DNA of 64,000 nt. Source: Patescibacteria group bacterium (lineage in GTDB: Bacteria; Patescibacteriota; Minisyncoccia; UBA6257; 2-01-FULL-56-20). The stretch lies in contig JANLHI010000032.1 in the NCBI GenBank assembly GCA_024654525.1, positions 64,172 through 128,171 on the forward strand. The letters run 5' to 3'. Under the pieces are notes generated by a model, which saw only the letters and a list, made by a program, of their open reading frames with translations, was not told where the DNA came from and made no database searches. Of this stretch, positions 54,420-63,803 are shown piece by piece (position 1 is the first letter of the stretch; each line of letters opens with the position of its first letter). The translations under genes and the position numbers were made by a program.

Positions 54420-55913
54420 CTATATAGTATTTTCGGGAGTGGGTGTTGAAATTTTGGTATTTTTCTCGCGCAACGAAGTAAAAAGAGCCAGCATCTCCTG
54501 CGCAAACGGTTCTTTGAGGATGTAGAGCATATTCAGATACACCACTATCGATAAAATTATATTTGCGATAACCGGAAGGAACCCAATGCTTGCGTAGGTA
54601 CACAGTGACATTGTTGCGGTCGCGATGATTAATTTCCCAATGTGCGGACGAGGGTAGTTCATATGCGTTTTTACGCGAGTTAATATGAGCCCCATTACAA
54701 TCACTTGGTTTATTAATGTAGCCCATGCGGAACCGGGTCCTCCGAATGAAGGGATAAGTGCAATATCAAATATTGCATTGCTTATAAATCCTGCGAGTGC
54801 GTACCATCCAAGGATTTTTTGGTCGTTGTGCGCAAGAAGGAGATAGGTAAAGAGTAATATAAAGAAATTTGTTGAGAGTGTAAGAATCAATATTCGAAAG
54901 TTGAGTGATCCCGCTACGAACGAGCTTCCGTATAGTATGGTCATGAGCGGACCGGCAATAATGAGTCCTCCCGCAATAGCAGGAAAAATGAGCGACAGTG
55001 AAAATTGTTGTATTGCCTGACACAGGCGCAAGAGTTTTTCCTTATTTTCTCGGACGAGTCGGGCGAATATGGGGAATGCGACAAGAGGAGAGATACCAAG
55101 AAACGCGTACAGAAGAGTTATCGGTCGTTGTGCGGCGCTGTAGAGCCCTATTTCTTGAGGGGTGCGCAGGAGTCCTAGAATGAATGTATCGGTCGAGAGC
55201 ATGAGTGTTCCTAGGATGCCGGCGAGCGCGAGTGGTATACCGATATGGAGTATCTCGCGCATGGTCGCCCAGCGGATATTGCGAAAAAAGTCGCGGAAGA
55301 GCGGACGAAGAAGATAGGCGGCGGCGATTGCTCCGATTGCGGTTCCCGCCATATACCCTCCAATAAGCGCGAACGCCGTCGGTGCATATGCTATAGAAAG
55401 AAGTCCAAATGCCAATATGCCAAAGTTAGTGAGGAGATTCAGGAGTGCCTCGTATTCCATCTTTTGCCGTGCACGGAGTATGTGAATGCTGGATTCCCGC
55501 AGTGAGTCGAAAACAAGCATGAGCATTGCGAGTGGCAAAAGATGTGAGGCGCCCGGAACAGCGGATATCTGCGCGCCAAAGGCGAATGCGGCGGCAATGC
55601 TTATCGTTACAAGCACCGCTTTCATGGCGATGCCGTTCGCGACATACGAGGCGATTTTCTCCGGCGTTGCAGATATTTGTTTAAAAAGGGCGGTATCAAT
55701 ACCGAGGTCGGAAAATATACCGAGAATTGCGGCAAGACTTATTGCATAGGAAAATACCCCATATTCTCCGGCGCCGATAATGCGCGCGCCGTAAATGACG
55801 ATCCCTGCACGGATAAATCGTCCTCCGATTTGGCTCAAGAATACCCAGAAGGAGTTTTTTGCGAGAGTCTGCTTTATTCCCACATTTTCGAACAAAAAGT
55901 GTTTTATGTGCAT
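54420..55913 (-). CDS. Oligosaccharide flippase (Wzx/MOP superfamily)
   Basis: 497 aa, about 12-14 transmembrane helices. N-terminal region resembles the polysaccharide biosynthesis protein family. Confidence 0.7.
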   Translation of the reverse strand: MHIKHFLFENVGIKQTLAKNSFWVFLSQIGGRFIRAGIVIYGARIIGAGEYGVFSYAISLAAILGIFSDLGIDTALFKQISATPEKIASYVANGIAMKAVLVTISIAAAFAFGAQISAVPGASHLLPLAMLMLVFDSLRESSIHILRARQKMEYEALLNLLTNFGILAFGLLSIAYAPTAFALIGGYMAGTAIGAIAAAYLLRPLFRDFFRNIRWATMREILHIGIPLALAGILGTLMLSTDTFILGLLRTPQEIGLYSAAQRPITLLYAFLGISPLVAFPIFARLVRENKEKLLRLCQAIQQFSLSLIFPAIAGGLIIAGPLMTILYGSSFVAGSLNFRILILTLSTNFFILLFTYLLLAHNDQKILGWYALAGFISNAIFDIALIPSFGGPGSAWATLINQVIVMGLILTRVKTHMNYPRPHIGKLIIATATMSLCTYASIGFLPVIANIILSIVVYLNMLYILKEPFAQEMLALFTSLREKNTKISTPTPENTI

Positions 55914-56024
55914 ATGCGTTTACAATAGTACCCTCCTCCGAGAGTGAAAGCGAGTTCTTTATTGGAGAAGGATGCTTCTTTAGAATTCCTTTGCATCATG
56001 GTAAAATCCAGCCATTGCGATTCT

Positions 56025-56954
56025 ATGTCTAAGATTAAAATATGCGTTCTTGGAAACAAAGGATTTCTTGGGAGTAAAATTGTAGCGCGACTTTGTCGTA
56101 ATCCAAAATTTAAAATTCTCCCCATGATTCACAAGGGAGATTTTACCAAGCTTTCACATTGTAGACGTGCAGTACGCGGTGCCGATATAGTGATACATGC
56201 TGCGGGATTAGTGACAAGTCGCATGCATCAATCGGAGCATCCTGCAGAAATTTTCTATACCAATTCGCTCCTGACCTTTCAAGTGTTTGAAGCATGCCGA
56301 AGAGAGAAAGTCCCCAATGTGATTACGTTCAGTTCGAGTACCGCGTTTTCCGTTTCGGGGAAATCTCGAGTGGGAATTTCCGATTTATTTGAAAGTATTC
56401 CACATATCAACGGCTCTTTTGGTTTTTACGGTATGAGTCGTTGGCTCGTTCCTTTTGTAGCCCATGCATATGCCGCAGAATATGGTATGCGTTCTCGTGT
56501 GATTGTGTTCCCGAATCTTTACGGACCGGGAGATAAATTTGACCATGCTGTTCCGCCTCTTGTTGCGAATCTTATTCGGGAAGTTGATGGGGTTTCTCGC
56601 CGAGGGGAGAAAATATTTTTTGGAGGAAATAACAAAGAACAGCGCATTGATTTGCTTTATATTGATGATGCGGTAGATTTGGTGGAGCGTATCGCGATGC
56701 ATCCCGGAGGTGAGAGCGTTCTTTGTGTTACTGCGGGATCGGGGACTTCGATTTCCATAGGACGTGTCGTGGAAACGATTGCACGCGAAGCGCATTTCAA
56801 AGGAAAAATTTCATGGATAGAGGGACCTGTATCGTCGGGGATAGTGTTGCATAATCGGGAGGTGAGTTTGCGTTGGAGGTGGAAGCCGAAAACTTCTTTT
56901 ACTGCGGGCGTACGTCAAACGTTACACTGGTTTTTTGAACATCATGGCCATTAA
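56025..56954 (+). CDS. NAD-dependent sugar epimerase/dehydratase (extended SDR)
   Basis: ICVLGNKGFLGSKI Rossmann motif. YGMSRWL (YxxxK). Start taken at the internal Met. Confidence 0.7.
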   Translation: MSKIKICVLGNKGFLGSKIVARLCRNPKFKILPMIHKGDFTKLSHCRRAVRGADIVIHAAGLVTSRMHQSEHPAEIFYTNSLLTFQVFEACRREKVPNVITFSSSTAFSVSGKSRVGISDLFESIPHINGSFGFYGMSRWLVPFVAHAYAAEYGMRSRVIVFPNLYGPGDKFDHAVPPLVANLIREVDGVSRRGEKIFFGGNNKEQRIDLLYIDDAVDLVERIAMHPGGESVLCVTAGSGTSISIGRVVETIAREAHFKGKISWIEGPVSSGIVLHNREVSLRWRWKPKTSFTAGVRQTLHWFFEHHGH

Positions 56955-58161
56955 AAATAAATTAAAAATTGCGGTAGGATCGCTGAAAATCGGCTCATTT
57001 GCAAAAAAGCTGATTCAAAAGACGCTTCATAATAATCGCTTGACGTATGGCGATATCACTATTGAATTTGAAAATAAATTTGCACGCGAACATGGGTGTC
57101 GTTACGGACTTTTTACGGTAAGCGGAACTTCAGCGCTTCAAATAGCGCTTCATGCAATGAAAGGCTTGCATGCATGGAAGAATGGAGATGAAGTGCTGGT
57201 ACCCTCCGTAACATTTATTGCCACATCTAATGTGGTGATTCAAAACGGATTAAAGCCGGTGTTTGTCGATGTGGATCCGCGGACATATTTAATGTCTCCT
57301 GAAAATATTAAATCCCATATCACTTCCCGTACGCGAGCAATCATGCCTGTGCATCTTTTCGGTCGTCCCGCGGAGATGAAAAAAATTACCGCGTTGGCGC
57401 GGCGGTATAAGTTGAAAGTTATTGTTGATTCTTGTGAGACGATGGGGGTGGAGTATCTTGATAAGCCTTTGGGGCAATGGGGGGATATTGTGTGTTTTTC
57501 GACATATGCCGCTCACCTTCTTATCACCGGCGTGGGAGGATTGGCGATTACGAATAATTCCGTATATGCGACAAAGATGCGGAGCTTGATGAATCATGGG
57601 CGGGATACAATCTACTATAATATCGATCAAGATGATCATGTGTTTTCCCGCAAGAAGATGTATAAATTGGTAGATAGACGTTTTTCTTTTATTGATGTGG
57701 GGTATAGCTACCGACTTACCGAACTTGAGGCTGCTCTTGGACTTGAAGGATTGCGTGATTTGAGTGCTAATGTGGCGGCGCGCCAGAAAAATTACCGCTT
57801 GTTTCTTGAGGCGCTCGCGCCTTATGCACGCGACCTCCAGTTGCCGATCTTACAAAAGGGGGAGGTATGCGCGTGTATGATGTTTCCCATCGTTATTCGT
57901 CCGGAGAGTAATATCCAACGGGCGGAACTTATCGCATTTCTTGAAACACACGGCATCGAGACCCGCTACGCAATGCCGCTTCTTTCCCAGCCGATCTATC
58001 AGAAGCTTTTCCCCGGATACGAGAAGCGGTATCCAGTGGCGCGCTGGATGGATAAGAACGGATTTTATATAGGATGTCATCAATATCTTTCCGAAAAAGA
58101 TGTGCGGTATGTGGTTACGGTGTTTAAAAAATTTTTCGGGCATAAGACATTGTTTTCATGA
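56935..58161 (+). CDS. DegT/DnrJ/EryC1/StrS-family PLP sugar aminotransferase
   Basis: FTVSGTSALQIALHAM. Family-typical length and motifs. Confidence 0.75.
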   Translation: MNIMAIKNKLKIAVGSLKIGSFAKKLIQKTLHNNRLTYGDITIEFENKFAREHGCRYGLFTVSGTSALQIALHAMKGLHAWKNGDEVLVPSVTFIATSNVVIQNGLKPVFVDVDPRTYLMSPENIKSHITSRTRAIMPVHLFGRPAEMKKITALARRYKLKVIVDSCETMGVEYLDKPLGQWGDIVCFSTYAAHLLITGVGGLAITNNSVYATKMRSLMNHGRDTIYYNIDQDDHVFSRKKMYKLVDRRFSFIDVGYSYRLTELEAALGLEGLRDLSANVAARQKNYRLFLEALAPYARDLQLPILQKGEVCACMMFPIVIRPESNIQRAELIAFLETHGIETRYAMPLLSQPIYQKLFPGYEKRYPVARWMDKNGFYIGCHQYLSEKDVRYVVTVFKKFFGHKTLFS

Positions 58162-59324
58162 AGATAGCGTTAATTGCTTTGCATCTTAATACAAAAGGAG
58201 GTACGCAACGACAAGCACTTGCGCTTGCTCGAGCATTTTCCAAGCTGGGACATGCAGTAACCGTTTTCGCGTTTCAAGCGGACTATGAGCGATGCTATGG
58301 AGAGGAAATGAAAGAGTTAAATATAAAAACCCTACAAGTGCCACTGGTGAGATTTTTAGGGAGTAATCCGCTTGTGCGAAAAATTCGCTCAAAACTGAAA
58401 TTTGAGAAAGATGCGAAGACACTCGCACAATGTATCCCTTTTGATATCGAATACCTTAATTGTCAGGATGAGGAATCTTATAAGGTTGGATATTATTTTC
58501 GCCGTGCGTACCCGCGTACTACTGCACGTATTACGTGGACTATGAACGATCCGCCTATTTCATATCGTCCAAAATCGACATTATTTTTTGAGTGGGGAAG
58601 GAGGATGTGGAATATATTTGAAGGTGTTTATGAGCGGCGTTTTATGCGAGTAATCGATACCATATTTGTACTTGATAAAAGAAATAAAGAACTTGTAAAA
58701 CGTTTTTATAAACATCCTTCAATTATTCTCGGATCGGGAGTTGATTTCAATTATTTCCACCATTCCGTGAAGCGTTATAGTTCCGAACGACCCCTACATA
58801 TCTTAGGCGTGGGAATTTTTTTCCCGCATCGCCGTTTTGAGGATATTATCCGCGCCGCGGGGATTCTCCGTGATAAAGGTGTTGCGTTTGAAGTGCATAT
58901 TATCGGTGATCCTGCGGATGAGCCCTATGCCTCACTTTTGTATGGTTTGGTAAAGGAATTGCGACTGGAGTCATGTGTGAAGTTTCTCGGAAAAGTGATG
59001 GAGAAAGATCTGCTCCTCAACTATCGAGAGAGCGATGTTTTTGTATTTCCAAATCACATCCAGACATTTGGACTTGCTCCCGCGGAGGCAATGGCGGCGG
59101 GATTGCCGGTAATTGTGTCGCGGACTGCGGGATTTGCGGATTTGCTCACCGACGGAGAGAATGCGCTTCTCGTGGATCCTCTTCGTCCCGATAAAATTGC
59201 GGAATGCATTATGCGTTACAAAGAAGATCCCGATGAGATGTTTTGCGTTGCGGAGCGAGGACAAAAATTTGTAAAAAGTACTATTGCGTGGGAACGTCGT
59301 GCGGAAGCGATGTTGGATCATTAA
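58158..59324 (+). CDS. Glycosyltransferase family 4 (GT-B, group 1)
   Basis: C-terminal EX7E-like region FPNHIQTFGLAPAEAMAAGLPVIVS. Confidence 0.75.
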   Translation: MKIALIALHLNTKGGTQRQALALARAFSKLGHAVTVFAFQADYERCYGEEMKELNIKTLQVPLVRFLGSNPLVRKIRSKLKFEKDAKTLAQCIPFDIEYLNCQDEESYKVGYYFRRAYPRTTARITWTMNDPPISYRPKSTLFFEWGRRMWNIFEGVYERRFMRVIDTIFVLDKRNKELVKRFYKHPSIILGSGVDFNYFHHSVKRYSSERPLHILGVGIFFPHRRFEDIIRAAGILRDKGVAFEVHIIGDPADEPYASLLYGLVKELRLESCVKFLGKVMEKDLLLNYRESDVFVFPNHIQTFGLAPAEAMAAGLPVIVSRTAGFADLLTDGENALLVDPLRPDKIAECIMRYKEDPDEMFCVAERGQKFVKSTIAWERRAEAMLDH

Positions 59325-59328
59325 GGCT

Positions 59329-60402
59329 ATGCGTGCATATCTCATCCCATTTTCAGAAGTGAGTTTGGAAAATCGTTTTTTTAATCCGCAGGCGGGAGAG
59401 GAGGTGAGTACACCGATTATGGCATATGCACGGGAGTATCTTCATACACAAGGGATAGAGTTAAATACCGCGGATTATGCAGATATTCATGATATGCGCT
59501 CCGATGATGTGCTCATCGTGTTTGATCATCCTCCTCTAGGATTCTGGAATTACTTCTATAAGATTTGGAATATGGTGAAGCGGAGGCCGAAGCCGAAGCT
59601 TCGTTTTGAGGCGTTACTTGACGCGTTTCCCCATAAAATTCTTTTTGCGTGGGAATCACCAGTAAATAAGCCGTGGATGTTTCAGTATGGAAAATATCTT
59701 AAAAAAAGATATGATGCGGTGTATTCCATTCCCAACTTTGAAGGATATAGAACTTTTTTCTCTCCCCAAAGAAATAAAGAGGTGGCAGAAAATGAGTTTT
59801 CGCATGAAAATGACAAATTTCTTGTGATGATGAATAGTTTTCGGCGTGCGAAAGGGTTTTTGAATAAAGAATTGTATCGCGAGAGAAGCCGTATCGTGAA
59901 ATACTTTGCGCAGTACGGGGAAATAGACCTATACGGCGAGTTTTGGAAGGGCTACCCTGACGCGGACATACAAAGTGTCTATCGGGGTTATGTTGCTGAT
60001 AAGTTTGAAACTCTTGGTTCATATCGTTTTGCAATCTGCTTCGAGAATGCCGTTTGGCCCGGGTATCTTACCGAGAAACTCTTCGAGTGCATGTTCACGG
60101 GCACGATTCCCATATATCTTGGCGATCCGGAAATTGTGGCGAAGATACCGGAAAATTGCTTTATTGATATGAGAAAATTCCGAAATTATGGGGAGTTGCG
60201 GGAATTTTTACACGCCCTCACTCGCGAGGATTGTGTGCGGTACCGCGATGCAATGCGCGTATTTTTGGAGTCGCCCAGATTTCGCCCGTTTACAAAGGAA
60301 TATTTTGCGGAAACGCTTTTCCGGGCGATTACAGACCCCACTTCAAAACCCATTCCCACCGCGATATGCGCAAATTTCTACAAGACCAAGAAGCGACGAT
60401 GA
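59329..60402 (+). CDS. GT10-family alpha-1,3-fucosyltransferase-like glycosyltransferase
   Basis: YRFAICFENAVWPGYLTEKLFECMFTGTIPIYLG matches the alpha-1,3-FucT motif (FxL/VxFENS...YxTEK). Genomic context supplies GDP-fucose. Confidence 0.6.
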   Translation: MRAYLIPFSEVSLENRFFNPQAGEEVSTPIMAYAREYLHTQGIELNTADYADIHDMRSDDVLIVFDHPPLGFWNYFYKIWNMVKRRPKPKLRFEALLDAFPHKILFAWESPVNKPWMFQYGKYLKKRYDAVYSIPNFEGYRTFFSPQRNKEVAENEFSHENDKFLVMMNSFRRAKGFLNKELYRERSRIVKYFAQYGEIDLYGEFWKGYPDADIQSVYRGYVADKFETLGSYRFAICFENAVWPGYLTEKLFECMFTGTIPIYLGDPEIVAKIPENCFIDMRKFRNYGELREFLHALTREDCVRYRDAMRVFLESPRFRPFTKEYFAETLFRAITDPTSKPIPTAICANFYKTKKRR

Positions 60403-60601
60403 AGGTGTATTCCTATACTCCGAGGAGGAGCGACGCAGGTATTGCAGAAATTAGCTATATCCTTTCGGGTTCCGCGAGGGCACCCGCCCGGCGGCGTTAC
60501 TCGTCGGAGCTGTGCCACGAGGCACTAATCTCCTTCTCGCGTCTTGCCGGGTCGGATTGCCCTCGCAGGAACGCGGTTGAGGAGGGGTTTTGAAGTGGGG
60601 T

Positions 60602-61714
60602 CTAATAAAACTCTTTAATGGCGGCAATCACCACGTCCATCTGTTCTTCTGTGAGATGGGATGCGGAGGGGAGATAGAATCCTTTCTCGCCATAATGCGT
60701 TGACCACCTAAACTCGCCTTCTTTCTGCGAGAGGGATTGATATACCGGCTGTACATGCATCGGTATGAAGAATGTCCTTGTTTCGATGCCGTGCTTGTCC
60801 AAAAAATCCATAAGTTCGTCGGCGCGAGGCGCGAGTATCCCGAACATCCAGAACACGCAGAATGTATCCGGAGGTTCCGGGAAGAAGCGAATACCGGAGA
60901 CATCTTTAAGTCCCGCCATGTAATATGCGGCATTTTTCCTTCGTTTCTCGATAAGCTCATCGAGACGTGCGAGCTGTGCGCGTCCGAGCGCCGCGCCAAG
61001 GGCGGACATCCGTAGATTCCATGCAACCGTCTGGTGCCAGAAATGTTTTTCATCGTCGAAGTTATAGCCGCGAATGTGCCGTAGAGTGTTTGCGTATTCG
61101 TCGTCATCGGTGAGTATCATACCACCTTCGCCGGTCGTCATGATTTTGTTTGCATAGAAGGAAAAACAGCTTGCCTTACCAAATGTGCCCACCAGCTTAC
61201 CTTTCCATTTCGCGCCATGCGCTTCCGCCGCGTCCTCAACGACGAGGAGGTTATGCTTTTTTGCAATCCGCATGATTGCATCCATGTCACACGGCTCGCC
61301 GTAAAGATGTACCGGCATAATCATCTTTGTGCGGGGAGTGATTTTCTCCTCGATTTTTTCGGGGTCTATATTAAAACTTTTCTCGCTTGCATCCACAAAG
61401 ACGGGCGTTGCCTCGCAATGAGTGACTGCCGCAGCGGTTGCTATCATGGTGAAATCGGGGACAATCACTTCATCGCCCGGTCCGATATCCAATGCTTTTA
61501 AAGCGAGGAATAATGCCGATCCGCCGGAGTTTACGGCGATGGCTTGTCGCATACCGAATTTCTCCGCGAACTCGTTCTCGAGCATGTGCACGGGGGAAGC
61601 GATGGAAGAAATCTCGGCGTTTTTAATGGCATCAGTTACATATTTCACCTCGAGCTCGGTGATATCCGGTTCGCAGACGCGGATTTTGACGGGATATTTG
61701 TTTTGGGAAGGCAT
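60602..61714 (-). CDS. DegT-family aminotransferase, perosamine-synthetase-like
   Basis: AIAVNSGGSALFLALKAL. DegT family. Sits next to the second gmd. Confidence 0.7.
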   Translation of the reverse strand: MPSQNKYPVKIRVCEPDITELEVKYVTDAIKNAEISSIASPVHMLENEFAEKFGMRQAIAVNSGGSALFLALKALDIGPGDEVIVPDFTMIATAAAVTHCEATPVFVDASEKSFNIDPEKIEEKITPRTKMIMPVHLYGEPCDMDAIMRIAKKHNLLVVEDAAEAHGAKWKGKLVGTFGKASCFSFYANKIMTTGEGGMILTDDDEYANTLRHIRGYNFDDEKHFWHQTVAWNLRMSALGAALGRAQLARLDELIEKRRKNAAYYMAGLKDVSGIRFFPEPPDTFCVFWMFGILAPRADELMDFLDKHGIETRTFFIPMHVQPVYQSLSQKEGEFRWSTHYGEKGFYLPSASHLTEEQMDVVIAAIKEFY

Positions 61715-61721
61715 GATAAAT

Positions 61722-61763
61722 GTAATACTAATATACTAAATAAGCGTAATACTAATATACTAA
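61722..61763. repeat. Two 18-nt direct repeats GTAATACTAATATACTAA (6-nt spacer) just upstream of the aminotransferase start
   Basis: Perfect copies at 61722-61739 and 61746-61763. Followed by interleaved short inverted repeats up to about 61850. Confidence 0.6.
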
Positions 61764-61855
61764 TTCGTGCGAATGAAACGAATAATGCTAATAGGATCGA
61801 TTCGCATAATTTGTAGCATTCGCATGTATTCGTTGATTAGCATTTCATAACGACA

Positions 61856-62818
61856 TTACTTTTTCTTGATGTCGTTAATGTCCGCTTCGACCATCAATTT
61901 CACGAGTTCTTTAAACTTCACTTTCGGCTCGAACCCGAACGTTTTTTTCGCTTTTGAAATGTCGCCGATGAGCGTAGTGTTTTTCGCGTTACGAAGGAAT
62001 TTTGGATTTATTTTCACATATTGTTTCGGGTCGAGGTTTGCAAGTCGGAACGCCTCGTCCACAAATTCCTGCACGGAATGTGCCTCGCCTGTCGCAATGA
62101 TATAGTCATCCGCCTGCGGTTGTTGCATGATATTCCACGCCGCTTCCATATACTCGCGCGCGTAGCCCCAGTCTATTTTTGCGGAGAGGTCGCCGAGTTC
62201 CAAAGAATCTTGCAGACCTGCTTTGATGCGCGCCACTGCCTTCGTTACTTTCCGTGTAAGGTAGTCGTCCGGACGGCGAGGGGACTCATGGTTATAGAAA
62301 ATGGCGGTTGCAACGAACATGCCGTACGTCTCGCGGTAAAAGCGACAGAGGACGTAGGCGAGTACCTTCGCGCACGCGTAGGGACTTTGCGGACGGAAAG
62401 GAGTTTCCTCGTTTTGTATTTCTTCTGTGGGGCGTCCGAAAATATTTGAGGATACCGGCTGGAATACTTTTATTTTCGGGTTCAATTGCTTCACGATTTC
62501 AAGGATGCGTCCCACTGCCGCGCCCGTGACGTTGTACTGGAAGTCCACCATGTCGTTTGACCACCCCACGTGGTCTTGGTCGGCTTCGTTGTAAAGCTCA
62601 TCGGGGTTCACCTCGCGGATAATGCGGTAGAGGGATGTCGCGTCCAAAAGGTCTCCACGATGGAGCGTGATGCGCTCCTTGAGGTGCTCAATGTTGCGGG
62701 TGTTTCCCGTCGCGGATTTCCGGTACATGCCGTGCACCTCATACCCCTTCTCAAGGAGTACTTCGGCGAGATAGCTCCCGTCCTGTCCGGTGATGCCCAA
62801 GATAAGCGCTTTTTTCAT
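61856..62818 (-). CDS. GDP-mannose 4,6-dehydratase, second paralog
   Basis: ALILGITGQDGSYLAEVLLEKGYEVHG and YACAKVLAYVLCRFYRETYGMFVATAIFYNHESPRR. Confidence 0.85.
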   Translation of the reverse strand: MKKALILGITGQDGSYLAEVLLEKGYEVHGMYRKSATGNTRNIEHLKERITLHRGDLLDATSLYRIIREVNPDELYNEADQDHVGWSNDMVDFQYNVTGAAVGRILEIVKQLNPKIKVFQPVSSNIFGRPTEEIQNEETPFRPQSPYACAKVLAYVLCRFYRETYGMFVATAIFYNHESPRRPDDYLTRKVTKAVARIKAGLQDSLELGDLSAKIDWGYAREYMEAAWNIMQQPQADDYIIATGEAHSVQEFVDEAFRLANLDPKQYVKINPKFLRNAKNTTLIGDISKAKKTFGFEPKVKFKELVKLMVEADINDIKKK

Positions 62819-62951
62819 AGGAAATATAGCTTATATAATAATGAAATTATCGGGAAATGAAAAGGCGGCGCTTGTGGGCGTCGCCTTTTATGTTGGATCA
62901 GTTGATTATTTCTGCGTGAGCGCCTGATCTTGCGCTACGCAGGAACATCGC

Positions 62952-63659
62952 CTACTTCTGCTGGTAGGCGGCGTCGCAGTCCTGTGGGAAGGGATAGGGG
63001 AGGAGCCCCGTTTCCTCGAGCTGGTCCGCGAAGGCCTTGACGAAGACTTCGTAAAGCCGGAACCAGCGGTCCGCGAGTTTCTTCGCTTTCGGCATTCGGA
63101 GCCAGCTTTCCCATTCGAGGGAGCAACGGACATCGTGGAGGACGGTCTTCGGGTCGCGGTAGGTCGCCGTAGGGTCGGACGTGGTCACATATCGCGGGTC
63201 AAAGGGGAGCAAATTACTGTAATGCTGCCCTGACCGGACGATATTATTCACGCCGATGTTCGCGAGACGGTCGGCATCCTTCAAGACAACGGTGACGGGA
63301 TTGTCCGCGTCACTGTTCTTCTTGTGATGCTCGAGGACTGCCTCAATTACAAGTTCCTGCTCTTCACTTGCAATCCCTTTCACTAGATCGAGATATGAGA
63401 CCACCTTGCTTCGGATGAAAATAACCTTAACTGAAGGCAGTTTCTCATCTCGGATTTCAGGAAAGATGCGATCCGTGTTGTGACACATCCCGGCAATCCA
63501 CGCGAGTTCACCCGTGCGTTCATCCTCGGTGATGAGGGTGGCGTATTGCGCCACCATTAGGGCATGCGTGATGTCGTGCCCGCCGAACGCCTTTTGCTCA
63601 AGATGGTCCTCGCGGACCTTTGCCGTGAGCGCGGCATGTTTTTCCCAGAGTTTGTTCAT
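62952..63659 (-). CDS. HD-domain metal-dependent phosphohydrolase-like protein
   Basis: GGHDITHAL...CHNTDR...EHHKK...LKDADRL pattern (H..HD..H..H..D). GC-rich. Confidence 0.5.
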   Translation of the reverse strand: MNKLWEKHAALTAKVREDHLEQKAFGGHDITHALMVAQYATLITEDERTGELAWIAGMCHNTDRIFPEIRDEKLPSVKVIFIRSKVVSYLDLVKGIASEEQELVIEAVLEHHKKNSDADNPVTVVLKDADRLANIGVNNIVRSGQHYSNLLPFDPRYVTTSDPTATYRDPKTVLHDVRCSLEWESWLRMPKAKKLADRWFRLYEVFVKAFADQLEETGLLPYPFPQDCDAAYQQK

Positions 63660-63803
63660 AGTTTTAAGGAGGATAAACCTCCGTTTTTAAGTTACAGTTG
63701 ACTTGCGATTTCCGCTTCTTTCCACAAGTCCTCCTTGGGAATACGCGAAAACCAACCATTAAAGGTCGGCTGTATTGTAGCATGAAAAATGTGTTTTGTC
63801 AAA

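Noticed and set aside
60440-60600. Tested the GC-rich structured spacer against remembered signatures of SRP RNA, RNase P RNA, 6S RNA and a T-box leader (also tested upstream of argS at 33650-34160).
   Set aside because: None of the conserved motifs (SRP domain IV GGAA/AGCAG, RNase P GGAAAGUCCGGGCUCC, T-box AGGGUGGNACCGCG) is present. Kept only as an unclassified structured element.
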